Origin: Eledone cirrhosa
Taxonomy: Eukaryota
Reading direction: 5' to 3'
Assembly (NCBI GenBank): GCA_964016885.1
Contig: OZ024743.1
Location: 203,360,001-203,424,000 of the forward strand
Length of the DNA: 64,000 nucleotides
The stretch's first letter is position 1. Each line of letters opens with the position of its first letter. Both the position numbers and the translations under genes were made by a program. The notes under the pieces were generated by a model, which was not told the DNA's origin, did no database searches, and was given only the letters and a program-made list of their open reading frames with translations. Shown one piece after another: positions 27,778 to 42,024 of the stretch.

Positions 27778-30700
27778 TTACAGATATATACTCAGAGTCG
27801 GCCCATTCACTCGGGCCATTCTTGCTTCTCTCACCCATCTTTCAACAAAATGCTGGGAAGAGAGCACTTCCTTCTCTACTCTGATTTTCCTTTTCAAATG
27901 AAATTTGAAAAAGTCAATCAGAGCATCACCGAAGAGGTAAGTGCTCGTCTTCAGCCCTTTCAAACGTGTCCACCATACTATCTCTTTCGCCATGGCCACC
28001 AGACAGATAAAAACTGCCTGCCCTTCCCGGCTAAAGGAGGAGGGCGGGGCAATCCTCACGATAGACTCAGATGATAGCTGGATCCGTCCTAAACGCGACA
28101 GCAGGTGTTCGACATAAACCCACAAGTCAGCAATTTTCGGACACTGGACGAGTGCGTGCAGGACGGTTTCGTCGCCCTGCGCGCATCTCGGACATGCCCG
28201 GCTGACGGCACCTCCATGCCTGTAGAGTTTATCCCGAACTGGCAAGGCTCCTCGGTAGCACTGCCAGGCCAGAGATTTCTGGAAGTTGTCCATAGGCCCT
28301 GGCCCGAAAGTTCTTCCGAAGAGATTGGCTAGTTGATTTTCGTCGACGCCTAGAGTTTCCCCAAGTACGTCGTCGCTCTTCCCCTCCACTAATCCTCTAT
28401 AGAACGCCGAGGTGGAGTTTCCACCGATCACATTGCCCGATTGGTCGAGGGCTGTGAGCGCCTGAAGACATTCCAGTCTCCAGGCGCTCCCTCTCGGTCT
28501 TCGCTTGACCCAGGATTGCAGCTCCGTCAAGGAAACGAGCTGGGGAAAAACGCGTCTAGCAAACGGCGACCACACCTGATCACCGTCGAGGAAGAGGTGG
28601 AGATGTCGTAGCCTGAGCGCGTGCCTGCGCATCATCAGCCACGGCATGCCCAGCCCTCCACGTAGCGGGTGTTGACAACAGATGGACCGCCTGACCATCG
28701 GAGCACGTCCCTTCCACAAAAAGCGAAAGAGCAAACGCTACAGCGCAGTCAGGCGAGGCTTAGGACAAGGTACGACGGTTAGGCGGTAGCAGATGACAGA
28801 CGCGATGTACGCGTTAGCCACCTCCGCTCGACCTTTCAGGGATAGCTTCCTCTCCGCCCATTTCTGGGTGAGAGAAGCCACCCTGCTCGTCACCTCGTCC
28901 CAGTTTTTGTCCGTCTGGAGGTCCGGACCGAACCAGACCCCTAGCAATTTAACCGGTCCGTCCGTCCAGCGCCCGACGACGCTGTTGGACGGCATGGACC
29001 TGCCTCTCCAGGTGCCGAGCTGCAGGCCCACTGACTTTTCCTGGTTGATCATTGCTCCTGTCCCCGCTTCGTATTCTCTTAGTGTAGTGCCGATCGCCTC
29101 GATGTGTTTGGCGTTCGACACCACTACGGTGACATCGTCCGCATATGCTGACACGGATCTTCCGCATCCTAGTTCGCGCGGGACTCCCCTCAACGTCTCC
29201 AGTTTGTGCAGTAATGGCTCGAGAGTCAATACGTACAAGAGGGACGAGAGGGGACATCCTTGGCGGACCGAGCGCATGATGTTGAACGGTTCCGACAGGT
29301 GACCGTTCACTCTCACCACAGAGCAGATGTCGCTGTGCATGGCAGCGATCCAGCCTCTGAAGACGGGCCCAAAGCCAGCCGCCCTCAGGACTGCCGCTAG
29401 GTAACGATGGTCGACCCTATCGAAAGCTTTCGACTGATCTAAATTGATCAAGGACCCACCCGTGCCAGGTTCCCTAGCTACCCTCTCTACGATGTATCGC
29501 ATGAGGTGGAGGTTGTCGTGGATGGATCTGTCGGGAATGGCGCATATCTGCGCCTCTCCCACCAGACCACCAACGACAAGCGCCAACCTCTTTGCTAGCA
29601 CCTTGGCCAAAATCTTAAACTCTGTGTTTAGCAGAGTTATGGGCCGGAAATTGTCTATGTTATCCCCCTTGTTCGGATCCTTTCTCCCGTTCTGTTGCCA
29701 GTTGCAGTAGACGTCCGCCAAGAGGCCTCCGAACAAGTCTGGCATCTGTACGTAAAGTTCATAGGGCAGACCATCCAAACCAGGCGATTTACCCCTTGTG
29801 CAGCCAGTCATTGCCTCCCGTACTTCAGCGGCTGTTATCGGCTTTTCGCAACACCTCGCCTCAGTGGCCGAGAGCCGCGGCAGTCCGTCGAGGTAGACAC
29901 TAAAGTCCATCCCTCTACCCGGCCCCCCGCTGCCCCCGAACAGCTGAGCGAAGTGTCGCTGAAAAGCTTCACACATTTGCCCGGGATCGAGTAGCATGCG
30001 CCCGTCGTGGTCCACCAAAGACCGGATCGTGGCTTTGTTGCCACGACGCGCCTCCGCCACTCGGGCCCATTGAACGGCTTTCGTCCCCTCGTGTCTGAGA
30101 GCACGCACCCTAGCTCTGACAACGCAGCCTTCGTGCTTTGCATTGAAGAATTGGTCAAGGGCCAATTTCGCCGCAAGCACGTCGGTCGCAATGCCTTTGC
30201 TAAGCGCCTCGTCTAATTTTCTAACTAGTTCTCCCTCTGCTCTATTTTTCTCTATTGCTAAAGCCTTACTAAACCTAATCGATTCTATTCTAATCGCTCT
30301 TTTCAGAGCAAACCACCACTTGTTGTTGACGATGGCCCCCGTCAACGCCCGCTTAACTAGTTCGCTAATCCGGTCTCTGTAGGCCTTGCGCGCTGGTAAG
30401 GACGCGTTTAGCTTCCAGTAGCCGGGTCCTCGTCTATGAAGCCTATCTAAGTCAAGCACACAGGTCACGAATTTGTGGTCCGTGTAGCTGACTATCTTGA
30501 ATTGTGGACAGCCTATGCTAGACCCATCTATTTCCCTACAAAATACTCTATCTAGATATGATCTGGATGACCCTATGCGGTTTGTCCAAGTCCACATTGG
30601 CACATTCGGGAAATCCAATCGGTACCTGTCAGACAGTTCAAAACGCCTGAGCAGGTTGGTGAGGCTCTTGCACCCTCCACCCCTATCCGCTAATCCCACA

Positions 30701-31155
30701 CAGTCCCAGCGTGCATCTAAGATCCCGTTCCAGTCGCCCACTAACACTAAAGAGCGGGACGTTCCAAGAAAGGTCTCCAGACGCCGGAAGAAATCAGGCC
30801 GCCCTGCACCTGTCGGGGCATAGACGGCCACTAGCCTGAAAGCTTGCCCGTCTCCGCTGGTCACGTCCAGCACCACCAGCTTACCCTCTGGGTCCAGGAA
30901 GATGGCCCGTATGGCGAGATCCAAACCTCTCCGAAAAAGCACAGCAACTCCTCCACCGGATCCAGGACGGCTGGGAGATGCGTACACATCGTAGCCGCCG
31001 AAGATCGGTGCGAAGGCCCGTGCTTCGGAGATTCTGGTCTCGCTGATGGCCACTACATCTATGTTTAGTGACCTGAGGTCGTTGAGCAGGTGACCCTGCT
31101 TCCATGACGACCCCAAGCCACGCGCATTTATGCTGCCTATTCTGAGTGAGGTCAT
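27778..31155 (-). pseudogene. LINE ORF2 with premature stop and 42-bp in-frame deletion
   Basis: GAG>TAG stop at 28738-28740 splits it into 805- and 318-aa ORFs; IPSSVSRGAVALLR is missing at ~29685. Confidence 0.92.
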
Positions 31156-31190
31156 GTTTAAAATAGAGTGGAAAAGATGGGAAAGACCAC

Positions 31191-33320
31191 TTACCGTACT
31201 TTTGGTAGAGGAGGGATGGTTTTTACATCCCTTTTCACTTGATCGTCTGGTGAAGGGACCGTTGAATCGTCCCTTCGGCTGGTCGTCGGCTCTTCTAAGA
31301 GAATGTCTGAATATACTCTTCGATTGATGGTTCCTCCTAGGTCCCTGAAATCACCAACTGCGTTGGGGAATTTCGTTTTAATGTTTGTGTATTGTTTCTG
31401 TGCTATTTTTAGCAGTCTTATGTTAGTTGGCGTTTTGATTGGTGCTGGTATTATGTAGTCCTGTTGTGAAATGTCTGTGTGTTCAATTATGTAAGTCATT
31501 AGTTTCTTGTTGTGTGTGTTTATTGCCGTGCATTTGTTTTTCTGGGGGTGGGGTGTGGTTCTGCTATTTTCTTGTCGTTGTTGCTGGGTGTGTGTGTTTT
31601 GTTGTTGTGTTTGCGATGTTGGTGCTTGTGGTGGTGGTGTTGAAGGTGTTGTTGGCGGTGGGGTTGTCGCCGGTGGTGATGGTGGTGCTGGTGTGGGTGG
31701 TGATGGTGTTGGTGGTGTTGCTGCTGTGGGTCTCTTTGCAGTAGACTTTACCCTTTTCTCATTTCTTTCCTCCCTTTTCAAAGGCGACGATGCGCTGCTT
31801 CTGCGTTTGTGCCTTCTTGCGACCTTTTGCCATCCCTCTCCCACCTCACACTCCATGTCTGATTCTGTAAGGTCGGGGAGGGGTACCAGCTCCACTCTTT
31901 CACTTGTTGTTGTTGGTGATGTTTGCACTGGAGTCTCTGTTGCAGCTGCATTTGGTATTGCTGTTGTTGTTGTAAATATTTCCACTGCTGCTGCTGTCTT
32001 TGATTTCCGTGGAGTGGGTATGGGTGCCACGGACCTATCGTTCCTGGTTGCCGCTTGTCCTGTTGCTGGTAGCCGTGGAGCCGGATTCGGAAGGAGGGGG
32101 GTTTTCTCCTTTCTCAGGGTCTTCTCGTTGCAGAAGGCCCTGAGGTGAGTCTTCGATCCACAGCGAAAGCATTTCGGGCGTTTGCCCTCAACACTTATGG
32201 GCAGTTGAGTGCCGTTATCGAAGTCTATCACATCCGGGATAGCTTCGATGCACTCCTGGTTGGTTTGGATTAGCATCTCAATGGAGGAGCCGACCCAATC
32301 TTCTCTTACTTTTTTCTGTACTTGCAGTACAGTTGTTTTGTCCTCGATTCCGACGAGGACAGACGCGGCCAGCCAAGAAGGGGTCATTCCGGGGGGGACG
32401 TGGGTCAGTTTGACCCTCACAATTTTTTGCCCGCAGTAGGAGGGCACCAACACCATTTCCTCGCTCCTTAGGGTCACTACTGATTGGGCCTTTGCCTCCT
32501 GGGGTGTGGCAAAAAGTACGTCTACGGTGGCGTATTTTTTGCCTCGGGTGATGTGCGTTTTCCTCTGCCACACAGACCCCAAGGCTTTTTGTATTTGGGC
32601 CTCTGTGGCTCTTTCCACCCTACGGGATTTTGTACTTACTGTACGGTACGTGACCGTACAGTGCTCTTGGGTTTCGAAAAAATTTTTCGCTGCCTTGCAG
32701 ATTGCTCGGTATCCGTTCTTTGTCACCATCTTCTTCGCTTCCTCTAATTCCTCATTTGTTATGAGGATTGTTTCCAAGTTTTTCGCAATACCTGCAAATG
32801 AGATTGGTTTTTCTCTGCTGTTGTTGTTGTCGTCAGAGCTGCTGGTACTTTTGTTGTTGCTGCAGGTACTACGACTACTGCCTCCGCCGCTGTTGCTGTG
32901 GTTGTTGTTGGTGTTGCTGCTGCTAATGCTGTTGTTGTTTATGCTGCTGGTGATGCTGTTGCGGCTGCTACTGTTGTTTTCATTGTCACTGTTGCTGTTG
33001 TTATTACGGCTGCTACTGCTATTATTCCTGACGTCAGACGAATGAACTGGGTTTTCGTATTTCCCGCACACCTGTTTCGTCGCTGTCGTCGTCGTCGTGG
33101 AGAAACCTTGCAGGCTTTGCACGAGACTTTTCTTTTCTTTCGTCGCTTGCGAAAGAGAAGGGAGGGAGAGAGACACATTTAAAGAAGGGAGGGAGAGAGA
33201 CAATCTTCTCTCTGCTGTAGTGATGATTGAGGAAGAAGAAGACGGAATGAGTGGGAGTGACGTATGAAATTTCTTTTTGGTAGCCATGTTTTTTTGTTTA
33301 AAATGAAATTTTGGGTACAA
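31191..33320 (-). CDS. LINE ORF1, copy 2 (intact)
   Basis: 709 aa, nearly identical to 21376-23502. Confidence 0.88.
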   Translation of the reverse strand: MYPKFHFKQKNMATKKKFHTSLPLIPSSSSSIITTAERRLSLSLPSLNVSLSLPSLSQATKEKKSLVQSLQGFSTTTTTATKQVCGKYENPVHSSDVRNNSSSSRNNNSNSDNENNSSSRNSITSSINNNSISSSNTNNNHSNSGGGSSRSTCSNNKSTSSSDDNNNSREKPISFAGIAKNLETILITNEELEEAKKMVTKNGYRAICKAAKNFFETQEHCTVTYRTVSTKSRRVERATEAQIQKALGSVWQRKTHITRGKKYATVDVLFATPQEAKAQSVVTLRSEEMVLVPSYCGQKIVRVKLTHVPPGMTPSWLAASVLVGIEDKTTVLQVQKKVREDWVGSSIEMLIQTNQECIEAIPDVIDFDNGTQLPISVEGKRPKCFRCGSKTHLRAFCNEKTLRKEKTPLLPNPAPRLPATGQAATRNDRSVAPIPTPRKSKTAAAVEIFTTTTAIPNAAATETPVQTSPTTTSERVELVPLPDLTESDMECEVGEGWQKVARRHKRRSSASSPLKREERNEKRVKSTAKRPTAATPPTPSPPTPAPPSPPATTPPPTTPSTPPPQAPTSQTQQQNTHTQQQRQENSRTTPHPQKNKCTAINTHNKKLMTYIIEHTDISQQDYIIPAPIKTPTNIRLLKIAQKQYTNIKTKFPNAVGDFRDLGGTINRRVYSDILLEEPTTSRRDDSTVPSPDDQVKRDVKTIPPLPKVR

Positions 33321-33519
33321 AACCCCAATAACTGGTTATTTAACCCCGAAGGGCCAAATAACGGACAGAAAGACCCCTCTCACGAGGAGGAGGGTGTCTT
33401 TATCAACAATTTGGTTCAAGTTTTAAACAATTTACAATTGTTTTAACGGTTAAAAATTACTATACCTTACAGAGCCGAGCCTCCGTCAACCATGGCATTC
33501 AATAATAATAATAATAATA

Positions 33520-33903
33520 AATTTGAAGACTAAAATCCAAAGAGGGCTCGATAAGGATAAATATATATCAAATATATAAGAACCGTAGAGCAAATATTTA
33601 TTAAAATAACATTAAAGTTTAAGCAAAGAATCGCTGCTTTCACCCTTAACAGGATCTTCTGAAACTAACAAAGTCAATCTGTAAACGCAGCAGTGGAATA
33701 ATAAATTTAAATAGGAGGAATAATCCTACAAGGTGGATGATCTCGGCCGAATTGGTCGCGCCCATACTGCCGTCGAAGGGGGAGTCGGGAGCTCACTTTA
33801 TTCCACTTCTGCGTTTACAGATTGACTTTGTTAGTTTCAGAAGATCCCGTTAAGGGTGAAAGCAGCGATTCTTTGCTTAAACTTTAATCTGTTATTTTAA
33901 TAA

Positions 33904-33906
<3 letters not shown>
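33520..33906. mobile_element. Fold-back hammerhead element (family shared with 58745-59676) with a PLE RT-derived spacer
   Basis: Arms ~33595-33701 / ~33798-33906; tail 33520-33594; spacer similar to PLE RT sequence at ~17391-17480. Confidence 0.85.
33833..33883 (+). ncRNA. Hammerhead ribozyme, U4A core variant
   Basis: AGTTT-CAGAAGA-tCCCgttaaGGGt-GAAA-GCA..TGC-TT-AAACT. Confidence 0.7.
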
Positions 33907-33965
<59 letters not shown>

Positions 33966-34077
33966 ATATACATATACATAACCCCGCCACATTCTCACCA
34001 TGCGTGAAGCTAATAACACTATCTTCCATTGACGCGTTTGTTTGTTTGTCATTTTGAACTATATGCGTATATATATA

Positions 34078-34180
34078 TAAGTGATGAAATGACAGCGATT
34101 CCCTTTGAGAATTGCTGTCAGATGGTAAGCCACATGACAGCAATTTTCAAAGGGAATTGCTGTCATTTTATTACACTTAT
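34078..34180. repeat. Nested inverted repeat (four TGACAGC[A/G]ATT units)
   Basis: Two small hairpins that are also reverse complements of each other. Confidence 0.75.
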
Positions 34181-34525
34181 TTTGCCTCAGTATAAGAAAT
34201 ATGGTATGTTTGACAGAAACAATAACCATTATTTTATCATCATCATCGTCGTCATACACAGTAACCAAAATCCTCATTAACACTAGCAACAGCAGCCTTA
34301 TTGGGAACAGCAGTAACAAGAGAACTATAGCTTTAACATAAAAAAACAACGCCAATACCTACATTAATAAGGAAAATGAGATAGAACGGATTTTATACAT
34401 GACTTCCAATGACTGTGTATGAGATGGATATCCGTTGGTTCCGACTACGAGTGTTCCTGTTGTTCCAGAAATGAATGTGCAGGTGGTAATGCATTCCACA
34501 GACACGGAATATCTGTGTGTCTAAT

Positions 34526-34622
<97 letters not shown>

Positions 34623-34635
34623 GCGTGCGTGTGTG

Positions 34636-34666
<31 letters not shown>

Positions 34667-36312
34667 CAGTCTGAATTTGCATGCGTGTGTGTATATATAT
34701 ATCTGTCAGTCTGAATGTGCATGTGTTTGTGTCTGTATGCTTGTCTTTATGTATGTTTTTGTGCCGGTGTTTGTATGTTTGCCGGTGTGTGTATGCGTGC
34801 TGGTGTGTGTATGCGTGCTGGTGTGTGTATCTGTGCCTGTGTGTGTTTGTGTGTGTGTGAATGTGTGCGAGAGGAGATGTCTGTGTTTACGTTTGTGTCT
34901 GTGTTTATGTCCCGTAACTTCGTATTTAGAAAAAAAGGAGATCGATAAAAAAACGCCGATATGATTTATTAAATCATAGCAATGTCCTAATATAGCTGTC
35001 AGTCTCATAACTGAAACCAATTCAATGAATAAGCAATTTATCCCTGTTGATTTCAATAGTTATATCTTAATTTTCATGTTTGCCATACAACTATATTTTA
35101 GTTTTAAATTGTTTTTATTAAATCATTTCCTGTAACGATAGTCGAGAAATGTCTAGATTTCTCTTTATTGTTCAGAATTATAGTGAGTAAAGATATTACC
35201 AAGTTATCCAACAGAAGGGATAGTAAGCAAGCGGTATTATTTCGACATCCACTTGGAAAATCTTCGCTGCATTAAACCGTACATTACCGGACTAGAACAT
35301 CCAGGTGTTGTAATTTTGAAAAGAATTTAATATTAATGAATCTCAGCTAGCGTGTATCTACTGAAGTGTCAGATACCGGATTTTCGAAAAATGCAGACAG
35401 ATCAGGAAATTCGAATTAGCATCCTGGGAAAGGACAAGACCACAAGAATTACTCAAGACGCACTATGTATACACACACATATACACGCACACACATATAC
35501 ACACACAACACGCACACAAGCACATGTACACGCATACATATAGACACGCACATGCTCGTACACAAATTATCAAAGCGTGTTAAAAGACATAGAACTTAGG
35601 AGATTTGTCTGTAATCTACGCGGGTTAAATAACCTGATAGAAACAAAGAGTTACGCCTGATTACATTATATGCACCTATGCAGCCGGAAGTTGTCATTAC
35701 AAAAGGTATTTGCAGCGCATGGTGCTTATTTATATCCGTCTATTGATAATATTAGGCAAACCGTTTGCTATTTACATGAAACAATAGGTCATGGGACAGG
35801 AAATTATATACAGCTATTCGAAACACAATATAAGCATTTGTGTCTATTCTATGTATTGTCTATTATTAGTTTGCTCGTAATAATATTTTCAACTTTCTCC
35901 ATATGTTTCCATAATTCCAAGCATGGTTTTATGGTTGAAAAACTCGCTGTACAACCACTTGGTTTCGGGTTTGATACCAATGTGTAAGTTTCATCTATTT
36001 TAGCTTCAATTTGGCCGATGAAGTGTGGGTGAAATTTGGTTGGCAGAAACATCAAAAATATATATATTTGTGTGCGTCGATCTATCTGTCTATCAGTGTC
36101 TCGTTACATATCTTTCTTTACGTCTACACAGCTTATCAATCAATGTTTCTTGGTTATACACCGTAATTTAGCAGGTCAGCAAAATATATTACTATAACGT
36201 ACTAGACATAACATAAGTACTGAGGACGGTCTAATAATTTAAAACCTTGAAGCTGGTTCCTCAGCCTGGCAGCTTCCCAGTGATTGAAACCAGGGACCGA
36301 ACCTATAAACAC

Positions 36313-36455
<143 letters not shown>

Positions 36456-36609
36456 ACACACACACGGTAAACAACAGAGGTCACGTGTCGTCCCACTCCG
36501 ACAAAAAGCTTTTTCCCTTCGGAAAACCCCCAGTTGATGGATGCGAAATCCGAAATATCGGTACAATTGAATCACTTCCAAGGTAACTCTATCTCGTGTT
36601 ATTATTTCC

Positions 36610-36752
36610 AGCATAGTTACGTCCCTTTACGATCTGAGTTCAATTCCGGCCGAGGTTAACTTTGCCTTTCATCCTTACGGGGTCGATAAAATAAAGCACC
36701 AGTAATGTACTGGGATAATTGCTGGCCTTGTGCCAAAAAGTAGAAACAATTA
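36610..36752 (+). mobile_element. 5'-truncated SINE, family A
   Basis: GATCTGAGTTCAATTCCGGCCGAGGTTAACTTTGCCTTTCATCCTTACGGGGTCGATAAAATAAAGCACC. Confidence 0.85.
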
Positions 36753-36885
36753 TTTTTAACCTTTTCCTACATTCTACGTCTCATTCTACCTTTCCTCTTA
36801 CATCTCTCTCTCTCTCTATCATTACCCCCTGATTCTTTTACCTGGAGATTTACCCATCTGAATTGTTGAGGCTTCCAAAGTGACC

Positions 36886-36952
<67 letters not shown>

Positions 36953-37591
36953 TATATATATATATAATAGAAAATTAAAAGAATTCTTGGTACAGCAAAA
37001 CATATTTGAAAAGTGACGAGAATAACTTTTCAGGTGGTGGTTAGTTGTAAAACATTTAATAATCAAAGGTTAACAACCAACAGAAAAGTTTTTCTTATCA
37101 TTTTCCACATATATATGTGTGTGTGTATATGTGTATGTATGAAAAATAAGTATAACTTATTTATATATACATATAAATTTACATAACTACGCTTAGTAGT
37201 TTAAGAGTTTGGGGATGTCAACTACCGCTAAATCACTATAGTATGCAAGCTTTTAAATTAAAGTTGGCGCAATATAACAATATCTGTTCACAATCTGCTA
37301 TGTCAAGCAGAAAGATAGCAATATGGTCCACGTTCACTAATGCATGCCATTACTGTATAACACTTTAGTTTATTTCACATTTCCATAAACTAAAGCCATC
37401 AGAACTGTCGTTAAAATATGTGTTGCACTGTATTTTATACATTACAGCTTTTCTCTTTAATTCTTAAAACTACTTTCTGCATATGGGTTCAATACGCTAC
37501 TTTTACTTTTAACTAAAAGCGATCTTTTTTCTTTATAGAGATCTGCATAAACATACAAACTCTTACATAGATATAGACATTCACACACATG

Positions 37592-37653
<62 letters not shown>

Positions 37654-37782
37654 AAATGACTTCTACAGGACTAGAACTGTTTCATCAAGAATAAAGATAC
37701 CTATACACTACTAATGTTTTGCGGTTTTTCTTAAATGTGGTTACTCCTCACCACCGATATCATTCGGGAACCAAAAAACATA

Positions 37783-37823
<41 letters not shown>

Positions 37824-37827
37824 GCAC

Positions 37828-37880
<53 letters not shown>

Positions 37881-37910
37881 TATATATATATATATATAGA
37901 GAGAGACAGA

Positions 37911-39208
<1,298 letters not shown>

Positions 39209-39519
39209 TGGTTGTGCGCGCGTGTGTGTGTGTGTATACTATTTGATGTGAAAATGTGTGTTCAAACAGATATTGTTATATTTGCGGTGGCCGTTGTCAA
39301 TATCCCCAATAAAGACAGTTTTTCATATCAAGAATCTTGCAAAACAAATATACAAAGGCTTGATGTCAACATTACTGAGATTTGAATCGAGACATTTGGG
39401 AGGTCTTTTATATACACATAGGCTAGGGTCCTAAGCACAGCTCTCTACATTTGTTTCATTTTTGCAATTGCACTGCCATCTGGTGATTATGATGGTGATA
39501 ACAGTAATAATTATTTTTT

Positions 39520-39690
39520 TGTAATGTGCCAGGCCTCCAGTTTGGATGAAGGAAAAGGTCGATTATATGGAACCCAGTACTTGGTTGGTATTTTATTTTA
39601 TCGACTCTGGAATGATAAAAGACAAATTGAACCTCGGCGTGATTTGAACTCAGAACATGCATAACTAAATACGCCAAAGCATTTTGTCCA
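39520..39690 (-). mobile_element. Diverged SINE related to family A
   Basis: TATTTTATTTTATCGACTCTGGAATGATAAAAGACAAA..CCTCGGCGTGATTTGAACTCAGAAC. Confidence 0.65.
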
Positions 39691-41346
39691 ACATAGGCAT
39701 AAAGTTCAACATTTTGAGAACCAGTATTTGTCGGTTATATTAATTTCATACGCTATTTGAGTTATACTTGCCAACCAGGTAGGATTTGAAATCAGAATGC
39801 AAGCAGGGAGATTTATATAAAACAAGAAATTTCGTTCAGCTCTATACCGATTCTGCCATCTACACTCTCAACGCCCTTGTGAATGGGGATGTAATTGGTC
39901 TTCTCTCAGATATATTTATATTACAAGCAATTACGTTGTCCATCGGGTTGTAGTTGTATCAGTCATTACGAATAATAGTATTCCGTTTTCAGCATCTTTT
40001 GTTTTATTTACATATAGCATATACACGATTAAATAATCAACTGTGTTCTTCCTTTTCTAGCATAGTCCGGTGAGATTTGATGTATATTCGTTCGTTATTT
40101 CTGGTGATTCGAATACACACAATGAGGCTGCACCATTGACTCAATAGCAGTTACTGCCTTGGTAAAATGTTATAAGAGGCAGATAAATGAAAACTATCTG
40201 TCTGCAGTTAATACAATAGCCAGAATGACACGTGTAAATTTCCTAGAAGATATTTTATCTATTCAAAACCTTGTATCCAATGCAGAGATTCAAATGAAGC
40301 GATATGAACAAAGAATTAAATATTCACAAGAAAGACAAACTGCAAACCATCAGACGATTTGAAACGACATATTACGAGTTGTTTCTGAATACTTTATAAT
40401 AAATCTGGCAACATGAATTCAATTATCCCTACGATTGATAAACATGCAGAATAACTGACTATCATAGAAGAGAACGACAAAAATTCAATACGCTCACTTG
40501 ATCTTCTATATATAGCAGCCCAATCCTGAAATCACAATCTTGTTTAGCATTAGTTGTATTTGTTGTTGCTGTACTTTACCCAAGTTCCTTGATTATCTTG
40601 CACAACTATGATTAAAGTCGCTTCAGTCCAGCGTTTTTAGGGCTATGTAGAACTTTAACGCTTTAGCATTTATCCCGATCGTATCCAGCCAGAATACTCT
40701 CACCGCTTTCTGTTGAAACTGGTTGTAGCTGGTTATCTTTACTGATGTTAGAAGAGATCTCCCAACCATTTTGCGGTGAGAGAGCGATGTCTTCTCTTGT
40801 GAAAATGGATATAGCTTTCATTATGTAAAATCTCCCAATTTTACCTCATTTCTCGTCGTTTGAGGTCACTTCTTTCCATAGTACACCGCTTTGGAGATTT
40901 TAGAGGTTAGCTGGTCTGTATTAGATAAAATCATCTTCATATTTACCCTTTGCTTGCAAACAAAAATCAGAATATCTTCACCACAGTGATGTAAATTAAC
41001 TGTAATTCATTTTTGAGAATGTCTTTATATTTTTAGTTTTCTTTCTCTAACTAAAGAAAACGCACATTTAAGGAGTGTTTGCTTTCGACATCACAGTTTG
41101 ACACAATACAAATCACCATGTGACACTATTATCTCCGGTATGATTTTCGTGCGAATTTTTCACCCGATAATGGAGGATAAGATATATTTCATAAACTTGA
41201 AAGGATTCTAGAATTGATATAATGTAGCAAAGAGGGTAGGAAAATGATGAAAGTCAATAAAACTGATTAACAAAAAACAAGTGCCACTAAATTATGCTGA
41301 CCTGGCTGCTAGATTCTCCCGTAATAGTCTATCAGCCAGAGATTTG

Positions 41347-41401
<55 letters not shown>

Positions 41402-41408
41402 TTTTATA

Positions 41409-41763
41409 TTAGAAAGTGAGGTTTTTTTTACAAAATGAAAAATAACCGAGGTGTCCTACACGAGTGAAAGTATAAAGAAAAAGAGATGAAATCGAAAATG
41501 CAACTGGAGTCTTATTTTTTTTTAAATATATATATTTATTTGGTTCCTTTACCGGTTTCGCAGTTCTTCTGCTTTTCAAAAGGTGAGTTGAGATGGAGGG
41601 TCTGTGGTTTTTCTCACATCTGTGAGAAAAACCACAGACCCTCCATCTCAACTCACCTTTTGAAAAGCAGAAGAACTGCGAAACCGGTAAAGGAACCAAA
41701 TAAATATATATATTTTTAAAAAAATAAGACACCAGTTGCATTTTCGATTTCATCTCTTTTTCT
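41409..41763. mobile_element. Fold-back element, ~142-bp arms around a 2-nt loop at ~41619, with 5' tail
   Basis: ...GGTTTTTCTCACA tc TGTGAGAAAAACC...; flanked by (TA)n. Confidence 0.9.
41656..41693 (+). ncRNA. Minimal hammerhead with compensatory U3-A8 core
   Basis: CCTT-TTGAAAA-GCAGaagaaCTGC-GAAA-CCGG-TA-AAGG. Confidence 0.75.
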
Positions 41764-41829
41764 ATATATTTATATATATATATATATGTATATATCGATA
41801 GATAGATATAGATACACACACAGAAGAAA

Positions 41830-42024
<195 letters not shown>

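Larger units (their letters stand above)
27516..33500 (-). mobile_element. Full-length Tx1-group LINE, copy 2 (ORF2 inactivated)
   Basis: Near-identical to copy 1 with the same termini (5' GAATGCCATGGTTGACGG); flanked by (TAA)n. Confidence 0.93.

Noticed and set aside
18248-33446. Antisense and overlapping ORFs within the Tx1 LINEs
   Set aside because: Shadow frames of GC-rich or triplet-repeat coding sequence; they recur only because the element is present twice.
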